Assembly: GCA_964016885.1 (NCBI GenBank)
Contig: OZ024760.1
Location: forward strand, 26,598,001 to 26,662,000
DNA from: Eledone cirrhosa
Lineage: Eukaryota
Direction of reading: 5' to 3'
DNA: 64,000 bases
Shown: piece after piece, positions 27,071-43,559 of the stretch
Layout of the letters: each line of letters starts with the position of its first letter
How positions within the stretch are numbered: the stretch's first letter is position 1
The notes under the pieces: model-generated
Told to the model about the DNA's origin: nothing
The model's database searches: none
Seen by the model: the letters and a program-made list of their open reading frames with translations, nothing else
Translations under genes and position numbers: made by a program

Positions 27071-27149
27071 ATAGTTACTACTGGATATAACTTCCATCTC
27101 CACCCTTCTCCATGACGGTGTGGTCGATACACATAGGAATATATTTTGA

Positions 27150-27430
27150 ATGTGGGTGGCTTAGTGGTTAGAGTATAGGACGCACGATTGCTTAGTGGTG
27201 AGTTCGATTCCTGGAACGGGTAGCACGCTGCATCTTCGAGCAAGATACTTTATTTACAAACTAGCAGCCATATTTTACTGAAATCACGTGTTACTGTCTT
27301 TAAAAAGGACACGCTGATTGATGTGGTCAGCAGTTACATGAAAATAGGGAAAACATGCGATGGTCACGACTGGAATCCTTTTGATCAGAGAGCTGCATGG
27401 TCATGTTTGACCTGGGGCTAAATAAACAGA
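27150..27430 (+). mobile_element. SINE B head and partial core fused to another dispersed tail
   Basis: tggcttagtggttagag, gttcgattcc, cttcgagcaagatactttattt. Confidence 0.65.
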
Positions 27431-27439
27431 TCCAGATAG

Positions 27440-28407
27440 AGAGATAGTGAGAAAGGTAGATAGAGAGAAAGACGGAGAGAGAGAGGAGAGAAAGAGAGAG
27501 AGAGAGAGGAGTGAAAGAGAGAGAGAGAGAGAGGAGTGAAAGACAAAGAGAAAGAGAGAGAGAGAGAGGGGAATGAAAGAGAAAGACAAAGAAAAAGAGA
27601 GAGAGAGGAGTGACAGGGAAAAAGAAAGAGAGAGGAGTGAAAGGGAAAGAGAAAGAGAGAGAGAGGAGTGAAAGGGAAAGACAGGGGAAAAAAGAGAGAG
27701 AGGAGTGAAAGAGAAAGACAGGGAAAAAGAGAGAGAGAGGAGTGAAAGGGAAAGACAAAGAGAAAGAGGGAGAGCAGTGAAAGAGAAAGACAGGGAAAAT
27801 GAGAGATTGGGGGGTACAAATTCTGTCTGGGAGAGAGAGGGGGAAAGAGAGTATAAGTGAGACAGGTTGGGAGAGAGAGTGCGAGTGAGATGCAGTGAGA
27901 GAGGGAGAGTATATGAGGGAGAGAGTGTGTGTGGTAGAGAGAGATGGTAAGAGAGGGAGAATGTGTATGAGAGAGAGGGTAAGAGAGAGAGAGAGAGTGT
28001 GTGTGTGAAACAGTATATGCAGGAGAGAAAGTGTGAAAGCAAGATGGTAAGAGAGAGAGAGAGAGAGAGAGTATGAGGGAGATATGGTAAGAGAGAGTAT
28101 GATGAAAGAGTGTGTGAGAGAGAGTGTGACAGAGAGAGAGAATGTAACAGAGTGAGAAAGAGAGAGAGAGAGAGTATGAGAGAGTGTGTGACACAGAGAG
28201 TGTGTGTCAGTGAGAGAGAGTGTGAGTGTGACACAGAGAGAGAATGTGACAGAGAGAGAGAGTGTGTGAGAGAGTGTGACAGAGAGAGAGTGTGACAGAG
28301 AGTGAGAGAGAGAGAGAGAGATTATGAGAGAGTGTGTGAGAGAGAGTGTTGATAGAGAGAATGTGAGAGAGAGTGTGTGTGAGAGAGAGTGAGAGAGAGA
28401 GAGAGAG

Positions 28408-28475
<68 letters not shown>

Positions 28476-28490
28476 GGGAGAAAGGTGTGC
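27440..28490. repeat. (GA)n compound tract
   Basis: Read directly from the sequence. Confidence 0.95.
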
Positions 28491-28562
28491 AGACGATATC
28501 AATTCTAAAATGAGATTAAAATAGAAAAAATCTCAATTTAATTAAGATTTTAAACGAAATAA

Positions 28563-29600
28563 ATGTGTGTATGTGTGTATATATATATATATAGACATGT
28601 GTTGTGTGTGGGTATGAGTGTGTGTGTATGTGTGTATATATATAGACATGTGTTGTCTGTGGGTATGATTGTGTACGTATGTGTGTATATATATATATAT
28701 AGACATGTGTTGTGTGTGGGTATGAGTGTGTGTGTATATATATAGACATGTGTTGTGTGTGGGTATGAGTGTGTGTGTATGTGTGTATATATATATATAG
28801 ACTTGTGTTGTCTGTGGGTATGTGTGTGTGTGTATGTGTGTATATATATATATATAGACATGTGTTGTGTGTGGGTATGAGTGTGTGTGTATGTGTATAT
28901 ATATATATATAGACATGTGTTGTGTGTGGGTATGAGTGTGTGTGTATGTGTGTATATATATATATAGACATGTGTTGTGTGTGGGTATGAGTGTGTGTGT
29001 ATGTGTGTATATATATATATAGACATGTGTTGTGTGTGGGTATGAGTGTGTGTGTATGTGTATATATATATATATAGACATGTGTTGTGTGTGGGTATGA
29101 GTGTGTGTGTATGTGTGTATATATATATATAGACATGTGTTGTGTGTGGGTATGAGTGTGTGTGTATGTGTGTATATATATATATAGACATGTGTTGTGT
29201 GTGGGTATGAGTGTGTGTGTATGTGTGTATATATATATATATAGACATGTGTTGTGTGGGTATGAGTGTGTGTTTATGTGTATATATATATATGTGTGTG
29301 TGTGTGTGGGTATAAGTGTGTGTGTCTGTGTATGTGTGTATATACATATATATATGTGTGTGTGTGGGTATGAGTGTGTGTGTATGTGTATATATGTGTG
29401 TATGAGCATGTGTTTATGTGTATATGTATATGTGTGTTCATGTGTTGTGTGTGGGTATGAGTGTGTGTGTATGTGTGTGTATATATATATAGAGACATGT
29501 GTTGTGTGTGGGTATGAGTGTGTGTGTATGTGTGTATATATATATATATATAGACATGTGTTGTGTGGGTATGAGTGTGTGTTTATGTGTATATATATAT
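28563..29600. repeat. ~55-bp minisatellite built from TG/TA microsatellite
   Basis: agacatgtgttgtgtgtgggtatgag at 28911, 28966, 29021, 29076, 29131 and 29186. Confidence 0.92.
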
Positions 29601-30144
29601 ATGTGTGTGTGTGTGGGTATAAGTGTATGTGTGTATATACATATATATATGTGTGTGTGTGGGTATGTGTGTCTGTTTATCTGTATATATATATATATAT
29701 GTGTGTGTGGGTATGTGTGTGTGTTTATGTGCTTATATATATATGTGTGTGGGTATGTGTGTCTGTTTATGTGCATATATATGTGTGTGTGTGGGTATAA
29801 GTGTGTGTTTATATGTGTATATATATATATGTGTGTTCATATGCGTGTGTGTCTTTAAGTGTGTCTGTGTGTGTGTTTCTGTGTTTGCGGTCTAAATCCG
29901 TGTAAGTGAATGCCTACTTATGTGTGTGTATAAGCGTGTGTGTATGTGTGAGTTTGTATGTGTGAGTATGCGTGGGTGTATGTATTTGGGTGTATGTGTG
30001 GGGTGTATATATATATATATATATATGTCTGTGTGTGTATATATATATATATATATAGGTATGTGTGTGTGTATATGTGAGTATGCGTGGGTGTATGTAT
30101 TTGGGTGTATGTGTGGGGTGTATATATATATATATAAATATGTC

Positions 30145-30176
<32 letters not shown>

Positions 30177-30474
30177 GGTATGTGTGTGTATGTGTGAGTA
30201 TGTGTGGGTGTATGCATTTGGGTGTATGTGTGGGGTGTATATATATATATGTGTATGTGTGCGTGTGTGTATATAGGTATGTGTGGGTGTATATGTGTGT
30301 GTAGCTGTGGGTGTATATATGTGTGTGTTAATGTGTTTGTGTGTAAATGTGTATTTGTGTGTATATATATATATATGTATGTGTATATATATGTATATAT
30401 ATACACATACATACATATATATATACAAACACATTGGTTTTGTCTGCGTGTAATTGTTTTTCACCGCTCAAAAT

Positions 30475-30645
30475 AATTGTTACTACTTTTGGCACAAATA
30501 CCCAGTGCATTACTGGTACTTTATTTTTATCGACCCCGGAAGGATGAAAGGCAAAGTTAACCTCGGCGGGATTTGAACTCAGATCATACAGGGCCGTAAC
30601 TCTATGCTTCAAAGCATGGCATCCGACATATACACCGCTCTCCAA
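30475..30645 (-). mobile_element. SINE family A
   Basis: Reverse complement of body and B box. Confidence 0.85.
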
Positions 30646-31115
30646 ATAATGACGTATTATATTCGTCTTTTTACGTTCTTTGCGAGGGAACGTTTCCACG
30701 AACCAAAGTATCGTCTTCCTGTCTTCCTCCGGTTGCAACGTTTTTTGAAATATTCACTTCTGCGTTCACAGATTGACTTTGTTAGTTTCAGAAGATCCCG
30801 TTAAGTGTGAAAGCAGCGATTCTTTGCTTAAATATTAATCTGTTATTTTAATAAATATATATATATGTATATAGTAATAATAATAAATGTGAAGACTAAA
30901 ATCCAAAGAGGGCTCGATAAGGATAAATATATATCAAATATATAAGAACCGTAGAGCAAATATTTATTTTAATATTTCAAATCTGTTATTTTAATAAATA
31001 TATATATGTATATATATATTTGTATAAATATGTATGTATATATATATATATGTTGTATGTTTATATATGTATATGTATGAGTATATATGTATATATTTAT
31101 GTGTATATATCTATC

Positions 31116-31150
<35 letters not shown>

Positions 31151-31241
31151 AAATGTGTGTTTGTATATATATATATATGTATATATGATTGTATTATGTT
31201 TGTATGTATATATAGATATGTATATATTTATATGTATATAT

Positions 31242-31281
<40 letters not shown>

Positions 31282-31283
<2 letters not shown>

Positions 31284-32175
31284 CGAAGGAAATGTGGTAA
31301 GGAACCAGGTGGACCATAACGCACCAAAGTACTCAATACTTAGGGTAGTAGAGTGGGTAATAGGAACAAGTAGGACCCCGACGGACAGAATTAGCCGTCG
31401 AAACAGCTTGAGCTCAGCCGTCGGGGTCCTACTTGTTGACCCGTCACCGTATCATTTACGTACTTATACCTCTTAAAAGGGTCCTCGCCTAATTCGTCCC
31501 ACCTAGTTCTTTTACTTATTTCGTTATTTCTTTATTTCTTTCTTTACTTCTTTCTTTCTTTATTTATTTATTTATTCTAGCCTAACAATAGCTAGAGACC
31601 TAGGTCGTAGAATTTAATTTACTTTACTTTTTTCTTTACACTCATTTGTTTTTCTTTACACTTATTTGCTTTTCTTCACTCTCAGTATTTTTTCTTTCCT
31701 ATATATTTCTACCCCCCCCATTGTTCTACCTACCGTTCCTACTTCCTCCCCCTCTCCCTCCCCTGTATCTTCTTTGACCTCATGCCCAGCTGTAGCTGGC
31801 ACTACAAACGCCTGATTGGGTCTACTCCACCCCCTCCCCTCTTTCTCCTACTGGCAGGTTTAGCCACCATCTCCCCTACTAATTTGCAACCACAGAATTA
31901 CTACTGATTTTTGACAATCACTTTGACCATATATGGAATTACCCCTTGAGAAGATCGGCTATTTAAATACCAGGATAAATTTTCATTTAGTCCAGAATTA
32001 GCCGTCGAAACGGTTTGAGCTCAGCTGTCTCAAAAAAAGAGTCCAGAATTAGCCGTCGAAACGGCTTGAGCTCAGCTGTCGGGGTCTTACTGGTTCCTAG
32101 TACCCACTCTACTACCTCAAGTATTGAGTACTTTGGTGCGTTATGGTCCACCTGGTTCCTTACCACATTTCCTTC

Positions 32176-32221
<46 letters not shown>

Positions 32222-32824
32222 TAGTCCAGAAATAGCCGTCTAAACGGCTTGAGCTCTGCCGTCGGGGTCATACATTTTCCTATTACCCACTCAACTACCC
32301 TAAGTATTGAGTACTCTGGTGTGTTATGATCCATCTGATTCCTTACCACAATTCCTTCGTTATATATATATTTTTTTTCATACATTCATTTGCATATTCA
32401 CACATAACTTTAAATTACTCCTAATAAGTTTCCACTATCCAACGAATTTTCAACCGTTAAGTTTGATTTCCATGGTTATGTCGTTATTTATAAAACAAAT
32501 TGTGTATTTTATCTGATGAAAGCGCACCATGATTAACTTGGTCGCTCTTGAAATATAAATAAATTTAATAAATATGGTTTTATAAATATAGTTTCCATTT
32601 ATAAATATTTTGGTATGTATATATATATATATATATATATAATAGGAACGAGTAGAACCCCGACGGCTGAGCTCAAGCCGTTTCGACGGCTAATTCTGGA
32701 CGTCCAGAATTAGCCGTCGAAACGGCTTGAGCTCATACTTGTTCCTATTACCCACTCTACTACCCTAAGTATTGAGTACTTTGGTGCGTTATGGTCCACC
32801 TGGTTCCTTACCACATTTCCTTCG

Positions 32825-32826
<2 letters not shown>
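31282..32826. mobile_element. Cluster of PLE-type terminal repeats (family C) in both orientations, including a longer copy 31440-32178 with a variant hammerhead (31941-32029)
   Basis: Repeat gtccagaattagccgtcgaaacggcttgagctcagccgtcggggtcc...ttccttcgtt(ta)n; also at 13003-13058, 13470-13665, 35440-35590 and 41420-41558. Confidence 0.75.
32505..32570 (+). ncRNA. Hammerhead motif of family H1, stem I decayed
   Basis: tattttat-CTGATGA-aagcgcacca...tggtcgctctt-GAAA-tataaata. Confidence 0.55.
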
Positions 32827-32870
<44 letters not shown>

Positions 32871-32881
32871 GTATACACACG

Positions 32882-32915
<34 letters not shown>

Positions 32916-33299
32916 ATTCTTTTTCTTTGTCACATCGAGTCTGAAGAGTAGATTGTTAGTTGAGTCGGGTCCATAATTCCTATGGGCTAAAGCTCTTCAG
33001 CTGGTCTCAAGGTTTGACCTAGGGCTGAACAAAAATCATCATCATCACAACAGCTACAACAACAACCACAACATCCACCACCGCCACCACTACATCAACC
33101 ACCGCCACCACCACTACCACAACAACAATCACCACCACTGCTACCACCTCAAACTAATATGGCGGCCAATCCTCTGCGAAACATGCGTAACCGTTCGATA
33201 CACGATAAGTACATACGTGAAACTACTAAACCTTTGTTTGTACTGCCTCTCTGTTTTGTTCCCGTTCCATTTTTCACTATATATATATATATAATAATA

Positions 33300-33568
33300 T
33301 ATCACCTTGATCACCTTGACCGACCAGTCTGTCGGGCGCCAATTGGCGTGGCTGGACACAGCACGTCGTGCTGTTTTAGTCATAAGATAACGCAATCCCA
33401 CTGGCTGGGCGCGGGCAGGCTGGTACTCATTCCTACAGCTGAGTAAACTGGAGCAACGTGAAATAAGTGTCTTGCTCAAGGAAACAACACATCACCCGGT
33501 CCGAGAATTGAACTCACAACCTTTCGATTGCAAGCCCAATGCTCTAACCACTAAGCCATGTGCCTCCA
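33300..33568 (-). mobile_element. SINE family B with a distinct tail
   Basis: Head and core closely match 23770-23910; tail is unrelated. Confidence 0.85.
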
Positions 33569-33601
33569 TTATATATATATATATATATATATGTCTGTAC
33601 A

Positions 33602-33723
<122 letters not shown>

Positions 33724-33728
33724 TACAG

Positions 33729-33762
<34 letters not shown>

Positions 33763-34120
33763 GTATGTATATATATCTGTACATCTCTCTCTATATATAT
33801 ATATTTTTTTTTTTTTTTTTTCTCAACCTGTTAGTTCTATCGTTACTTTGGTATAGTATTGTGTGTTAGATTTTGCCTACCACAATGTTCGATTTGTCAA
33901 GCTATTTAAACTCTAGAGGTTGACTTTGCCTTTCATCCTTACAGGATCGATAAAATAAAGTACCAGTAATGCACTGGGTGATTGCTGGCCTTGTGCCTAA
34001 AGTAGAAACAGTTATTACTCTAAGGACCTAACTTATCGAGTGCTTTGCCAACTCATCATTTCATATAAGTAGGCCGAATTTTCTTGCAAACCGCCAGAGA
34101 TTCGATTTTACTAAATTTCC

Positions 34121-34187
<67 letters not shown>

Positions 34188-34566
34188 CATCTCTCTCTCT
34201 CTCTCTCTCTCTCTCTTTATTTATATATCTATATATCTATATAGATATAGATATAGATATATATAGAGATAGATATAAATGTTGTCGCGTGACGTTCCTA
34301 AGTTAACATAAAGTGCTCTATTCGGGTGACCTATATTATAATATATTAATATACCTGTCTCCCCCCTCCACCCCCACCCCCTCAGTCTGTGTGTATCACT
34401 ACCCCACACCCACACACACACAACTTCCCTGGCCACCCTGTCAACCTGTCAGTCTATTTCAGTGTCGGTACGTTTGACTACAGAAACATTGTTTGTGTAG
34501 ACCTCATAGCGGTCCCTCGGCCTTTGAGAAATAACAGTTTTACCACTCCTTGTTTGTACCCTACTG

Positions 34567-34604
<38 letters not shown>

Positions 34605-35282
34605 GCACACACACACACTCACATACACACGCCCGCACACACACACGCACACACGCATACAGACACACAAACACGCACACGCAAACACACACACAGACAC
34701 GCAGACACACACACACACACACACAGACAAGCACACACACACACAAGCACACACTCACTCACATACACACACACACAAGCACACACACACACACAAGCAC
34801 GCACTCACACATACACACACGCACACAGACACACACACACAAGCACACATACGCACACGCACACACACACTCACGCACACACACATAAACACACACGCGC
34901 ACACGCACACACACAAGCACACACACACACAAGCACACGCACACACACACACATACACACACACACACACACAAGCACACGCACACACACATGCACACGC
35001 ACACACAAACACACACACACACAAACACACACGCCCACGCACACGCACACAGACATATATATATATATATATACATAATGACATCAGTGGCATAAACCGG
35101 TACTCAAGTTTTATTAAGTTCTGGGCCCCAATTTCTTCAGCCTGTCATGTTTTTTTTTTATTTTTCTCATGACGCTGAAGAAACAGGGACCCAGAACCCA
35201 ACGAAATTTGAGCCCCTGTCTATGTCAGTGTTGTAATTATTTATACTAAACTCATCCTGAGTTCTCGTACCTTCCACTTAAC

Positions 35283-35316
35283 TCACCTGAGGAAGGGCTT
35301 ATGCCCGAAACGTCGT
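35283..35316 (+). ncRNA. Minimal hammerhead in a PLE-type terminal repeat (about 35085-35408)
   Basis: ac-CTGAGGA-a-gggc ttat gccc-GAAA-c-GTC-gt; AATAAA follows; downstream tgtactgcctctctgtt is shared with 33239. Confidence 0.7.
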
Positions 35317-35404
35317 CCCCCACCTACCCCCCACTCTCTTGAGCGTGAAATTAATAAACATTTATTGTACTGCCTCTCTGTTCTGTCCCTGTTCAAATTT
35401 TTCC

Positions 35405-35442
<38 letters not shown>

Positions 35443-35596
35443 AAAAAGTATGACCCCTACGGCAGAGCTCAAGCCGTTTCGACGGCTATTTCTGAACTCT
35501 TTTTTCCTATTTCCCACTCTACTACCCTATGTATTGAGTACTCTAGTGCGTTATGGTCCATCTGGTTCCTTACCACAATTCCTTTGTTATATACAG

Positions 35597-35689
<93 letters not shown>

Positions 35690-35692
35690 CAG

Positions 35693-35724
<32 letters not shown>

Positions 35725-35848
35725 CTGTATATATATATATATATATATATATACTGTATATAAAAACAAATAACGAAACGAAATTAAATTTCGTTTCGTT
35801 TGTAACTCACTTTTGTATGACTGACGCTTAAACAATTAACTGTATATA

Positions 35849-35880
<32 letters not shown>

Positions 35881-35884
<4 letters not shown>

Positions 35885-36825
35885 ATAATTGTTTCTACTT
35901 TTGGCACATGACCAGCAATTATCCCAGTGTATTACTGGTACTTTATTTTATCGACCTCGTAAGGATGAAAGGCAAAGTTAACCTCGGCAGGATTTGAACT
36001 CAAACCGTAAAGGAACGTAACTCTATGCTGTAAAGTTTGGTGTCCGGCGCTCTACCGATTCTGCCAATTGTTTCTACTTTAGGCACGAGGTCAGCAATTT
36101 GAAGGGGAGAGAAAAGACGATTAAATCGACCCAGTGCATGACTGGTACTTTATTTATCGGTCCCGTAACGATGAAAGGCAAAGCTAATAATTGTTTTGGC
36201 ACAAGGCCAGCAATTACCCAGTACATTACTGGTATTTTATTTTATTGACCCCGTAAGAATGAAAGGCAAAGTTAACCTCGGCGGGATTTGAACTCAGACA
36301 ATGAAGGGCCGTAACTCTGTGCTGCAAAGCATGGCGTCCGACACTCTACCAATACTGCCAATCGACCGCACAAGGCCCGGTGAGGAGGGGGGTTGAAGAA
36401 ATCAACCCCAATACATTACTGGTACTTTATTTTATCGACCCCGTAAGAATGAAAGGTAAAGTTAACCTCGGCCGGATTTGAACTCAGACAATAAAGGGCC
36501 GTAACTCTGTGCTGCAAAGCATGGCGTCCGACACTCTACCAATACTGCCAATCGACCGCACAAGGCCCGGTGAGGAGGGGAGTTGAAGAAATCAACCCCA
36601 ATACGTTACTGGTACTTTATTTTATCGACCCCGTAAGAATGAAAGGTAAAGTTAACCTCGGCCGGATTTGAACTCAGACAATAAAGGGCCGTAACTCTGT
36701 GCTGCAAAGCATAGCGTCCGACACTCTACCGATACTGCCAATCGACCGCACAAGGCCCGGTGAGGAAGGGAGTTGAAGAAATCAACCCCCAATACGTTAC
36801 TGGTACTTTATTTTATCGACCCTGT
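35881..36825 (-). mobile_element. SINE A pile-up including a 190-bp head-to-tail triplication
   Basis: gaccccgtaagaatgaaagg at 36247, 36437 and 36627, partial at 36818. Confidence 0.92.
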
Positions 36826-37134
36826 AATAATGGATGAGCATGACACTATAGTTCTCGTTACTCCAGTTGACTCCGCTGTAGAAATGAGTTGTGATGTCAC
36901 TAGTTCCAAGGTGTATCGGCCATTGAGTGTCCCTTTGATAACATCAGTGGTCTGGAGTGGGGTGGGGGAGTATGGTATACCTGGGAAACCCCTACTCTTC
37001 CACTAATACACCTTGTCTGTGCTTCTACTTAGGAGAGATCTTTAGTTTCTAGGCGCAAATCCCCTGATCTTTGTTGACTGAAGGGACTCTTTCTTTTTTT
37101 ACGATAGAAAATAGCACCTAGAACGGAATTAAAA

Positions 37135-39540
<2,406 letters not shown>

Positions 39541-40312
39541 ATTTATATACACTATTTGTTGCAAATAGGATATATATCTGGCTTCTATTTCTAATTCTTC
39601 ATTTATTATATATATATCCTATATGCAACAACACAGCTCGCCATTTTTCATTCATATATACTTTCCCCTTCGCTGTGACCTGTCTTTTTCTCTTCCCTTA
39701 CTGCTATCCTCTTTCACCCCCCCCCCTTCTCTTTCCTTCTCCCACTTACTTTCACTCACCCCCTCTGCTAGTCACCCTCTCTCGGCTAGCCTCTTCCTCA
39801 CACTTTCACTCACGCAATCTCTTCTACTCACCTTATCTCTCACTTCCTCCATCGTCCCACACCGTACGAGATTCTTTCCTCGCTCACATCCGCACGGCCA
39901 AGATGTGTCTTTGCCTTCTCGTCAATATTCGCAAGTTCTTATATTCACAATGAATTATTGACTTGATTTTCTCATTTTTTCCTCTCTTTACGTTGCCTCG
40001 CCATTCGTGTTTTGGTTACCTGTCTCTCTTTCTCCACCCAACTCTTTTTATCCCAATAACTTAATTTAGTTATTGTATCGCCCTAGCTTGAGGTATATTG
40101 TCTGTAATGCGAAGAAATGATGGCTAGTTGATGGCTAGTAGACCACTGATGACGGATATTTCTGGCTTCTATTTCTACTTCTTCATTTATTATATATATG
40201 TATGTATATATGTTTATATGTATGTATGTATGTATGTTATGTATATATGTATGTATGTATGTTATGTATATATGTATATATGTATGTATATATGTATATA
40301 TGTATGCATGTA

Positions 40313-40673
40313 TGTTCTTCTGGTTTTATAATGTCACAAATGTTTCCCAATAGAGAGAGAGTCGGTTTCTAACATAGACACAAGACTCTCTCATTGGAAT
40401 TTACACAACATCAACTAGGTAGATATGTATGTATGTGTAGATATGGATGTTATTGTATGTGTGGATGTGGATGTTTTGAGTTGTATGTGTGCCTGTGTAT
40501 ATGTTTTGTATCTGTACATGTGTATATGCTTTGTATCTGTACATGTGTATATGGAGTTATTAGATGTAGAATTTTTGGAATGTTTTACATATTTTTACTG
40601 TTCCATTAATGGATTGTACTTATATGTATATATGTATGTATGTATATATATATATATGTATGTATGTATATAA

Positions 40674-40704
<31 letters not shown>

Positions 40705-41358
40705 TGTATGTTCTTCTGGTTTTATAATTTCACAAATGTTTCCCAATAGAGAGAGAGTCGGTTTCTAACATAGACACAAGACTCTCTCATTGGAATTTAC
40801 ACAACATCAACTAGGTAGATATGTATGTATGTGTAGATATGGATGTTATTGTATGTGTGAATGTGGATGTTTTGAGTTGTATGTGTGCCTGTGTATATGC
40901 TTTGTATCTGTCCATGTGTATATGCTTTGTATCTGTACATGTGTATATGGAGTTATTAGATGTAGAATTTTTGGAATGTTTTACATATTTTTACTGTTCC
41001 ATTAATGGATTGTACTTATATGTATATATGTATGTATGGATGTATATAAATATGTACGTATGTATGTATGTATGTATGTTCTTCTGGTTTTATAATGTCA
41101 CAAATGTTTCCCAATAGAGAGAGAGTCGGTTTCTAACATAGACACAACACTCTCTCATTGGAATTTACACAACATCAACTAGGTAGATATGTATGTATGC
41201 ATGCATGTGTAGATATGGATGTTATTGTATGTGTGAATGTGTATCTTTTGAGTTGTATGTGTGCATGTGTATATGCTTAGTATCTGTACATGTGTATATG
41301 CATTATTAGATGCAACATTTTTTGGAATGTTTTACATATTTTTACTGTTCCATTAATG
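40313..41358. repeat. ~370-400-bp unit x3 (family E); further copy at 55722-55945
   Basis: gttcttctggttttataat...actaggtagatatg at about 40313, 40710, 41078 and 55722. Confidence 0.92.
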
Positions 41359-41775
41359 TATGTATGTGTGTGTGTGTGATGTATGTATGTATGTATGTAT
41401 GTATGTATGTATGTATGTACAAAGAAAGTGTGGTAAGGAACCAGATGGACCATAACGCACCAGAGTACTCAATACTTAGGGTTGTAGAGTGGGTAATAGG
41501 AAAAGTGTCAGGACCCCGACGGCTGAGCTCCGGCCGTTCGACATCTAGATCTGAACTGTAGGTATGTATGTATGTATGTGTGCGTGATGTATGTTTGTAT
41601 GTATGAATGCATGTATGTGTGTGTGATGTATGAATGTATGTATGTGTGGGTATGTGTGTGTGCGATGAATGTAGGTATGTATGTACGTGTGCCTGATGTA
41701 TGTATGTAAGTGTGCGTGTGTGTATGTATGTGTGTGTGTGTTTGTTATGTATGTATGTATGTATGTATGTATGTA

Positions 41776-42190
41776 GGTCCGGGAGAGATGACCCCTTAGC
41801 CTTTGTCAAGGCAGAATTCTAGGAGAAGGAAAACTCTGATATAACACCTGCAACCCTGATGGTATCCAATGATGTTGACTTGTTCTTCTTTTTGGTAAAT
41901 ATCATCTTGGTTAAGAGAGTGGGACTGGCTTTGTGCAGTGCCTTTGCTCACTATAAAAGCTTCACAGCACAGGCATTGCTTTATATCTGGAGATCTCTCT
42001 GCACTTGTCATCACATGGTACCATGGGCCCTGCACTATGTGTCAATAATGGTCACAAGTGTAGTCTTTGTACCAGAGTTTTCAAGTCGCTGGCTGGACTA
42101 AAAAGTCACATTCTTTCAGCGCATCGGTAGGGGTTCTCCTACATGGATATAAAGCAGTGGCCGTACTCGAAAACGAGTTGGCAGCCACCA
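41776..42190 (+). mobile_element. Non-autonomous RTE-derived element (family D), 5'-truncated
   Basis: C2H2 remnant HKCSLCTRVFKSLAGLKSHILSAHR* (42053-42130), 3' hairpin ctcg aaaa cgag, (tgta)n tail. Confidence 0.8.
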
Positions 42191-43035
42191 TGTATGTAGG
42201 TATGTGTGTTTGTGATGTATATATGTATGTATGTGTGTATCTGAGTGTGTGTATGTATGTATATATGTATGTATGTGTGTTTGTGATGTATATATGTATG
42301 TATGTAGGTATGTGTGTTTGTGATGTATATATGTATGTATGTATGTGTGTGTGTATATATGTATGTATGTGTGTATGTATGTATATGTATGTGTGTATCT
42401 GAGTGTGTGTATGTATGTATATATGTATGTATGTGTGTTTGTGATGTATATATGTATGTATGTCTGTGTATGTATGTATTTATGTGTATGTATGTATATG
42501 TATGTGTGTGTATATGAGTGTGTGTATGTATGTATGTGTGTGTATGTGTAACAAAAGTATTTGATGAGTTAGCAAGTGTGTACTACAAAGATGGACGTCG
42601 GAGAGAGAATTAATAAGGTGACAAGCTTTTGAAGCTTCGTTTGTTTCAATGGCGATAGTTTTTTATATGAATTCCCTCAACATTCTAGAAGTATTTCCCC
42701 ATTTGATGTTGGCAGTAGGTGTTTGGTTGGGGTTCCAGAAATTAAACTAAAATCACTGATACTCACACACACAAACACAAACACAAACACACACGCACAC
42801 ACACGCACACACACACACACACACACAGCCACACACACACACACAAACATACACACAAACACACACACATACACACATACAGCCACACACAAACACACAC
42901 ACACACAACCTGTCTGTAATTAATTCTAAAAACACTGAAGCTACATTTTTTTAATGTTTCTCTTAATGGAATATCTGACATACACAGACACACAGACACA
43001 GACACACAGACACAGACACACAGACACACACACAC

Positions 43036-43124
<89 letters not shown>

Positions 43125-43559
43125 AACACACACACAAAAACACATACAGATATATAAACACATTCACAGTCACATACACACACACACAAATATATATACA
43201 CACACACACAGTCACATACACAGACATGTACACACACATACAGATACACACACACACAAACAGTCACACATAAATACACACACACACACAAATATATATA
43301 CACACACACATACAGTCACATGCACAGACATGTACACACACATACAGATACACACACACACAAACAGTCACACATAAATACACACACACATACAAACAAA
43401 CACACTCATGGAAACAAACAAACAAGATGTTTTTACAAGCAATATCAATCAAATGATTCGTCCAAAATGAAGACGCACTAGACCTGTAACTGGGAGCAAA
43501 ATTGTTTTGATAGTTTGTAAGGAATTTCAGTTTATTGCTTCAATAATTGCTTGATGCTG

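Noticed and set aside
42053-42130. C2H2 zinc-finger host exon
   Set aside because: Embedded in a repeated element with a retro-type 3' hairpin and tail; best explained as an RTE ORF terminus
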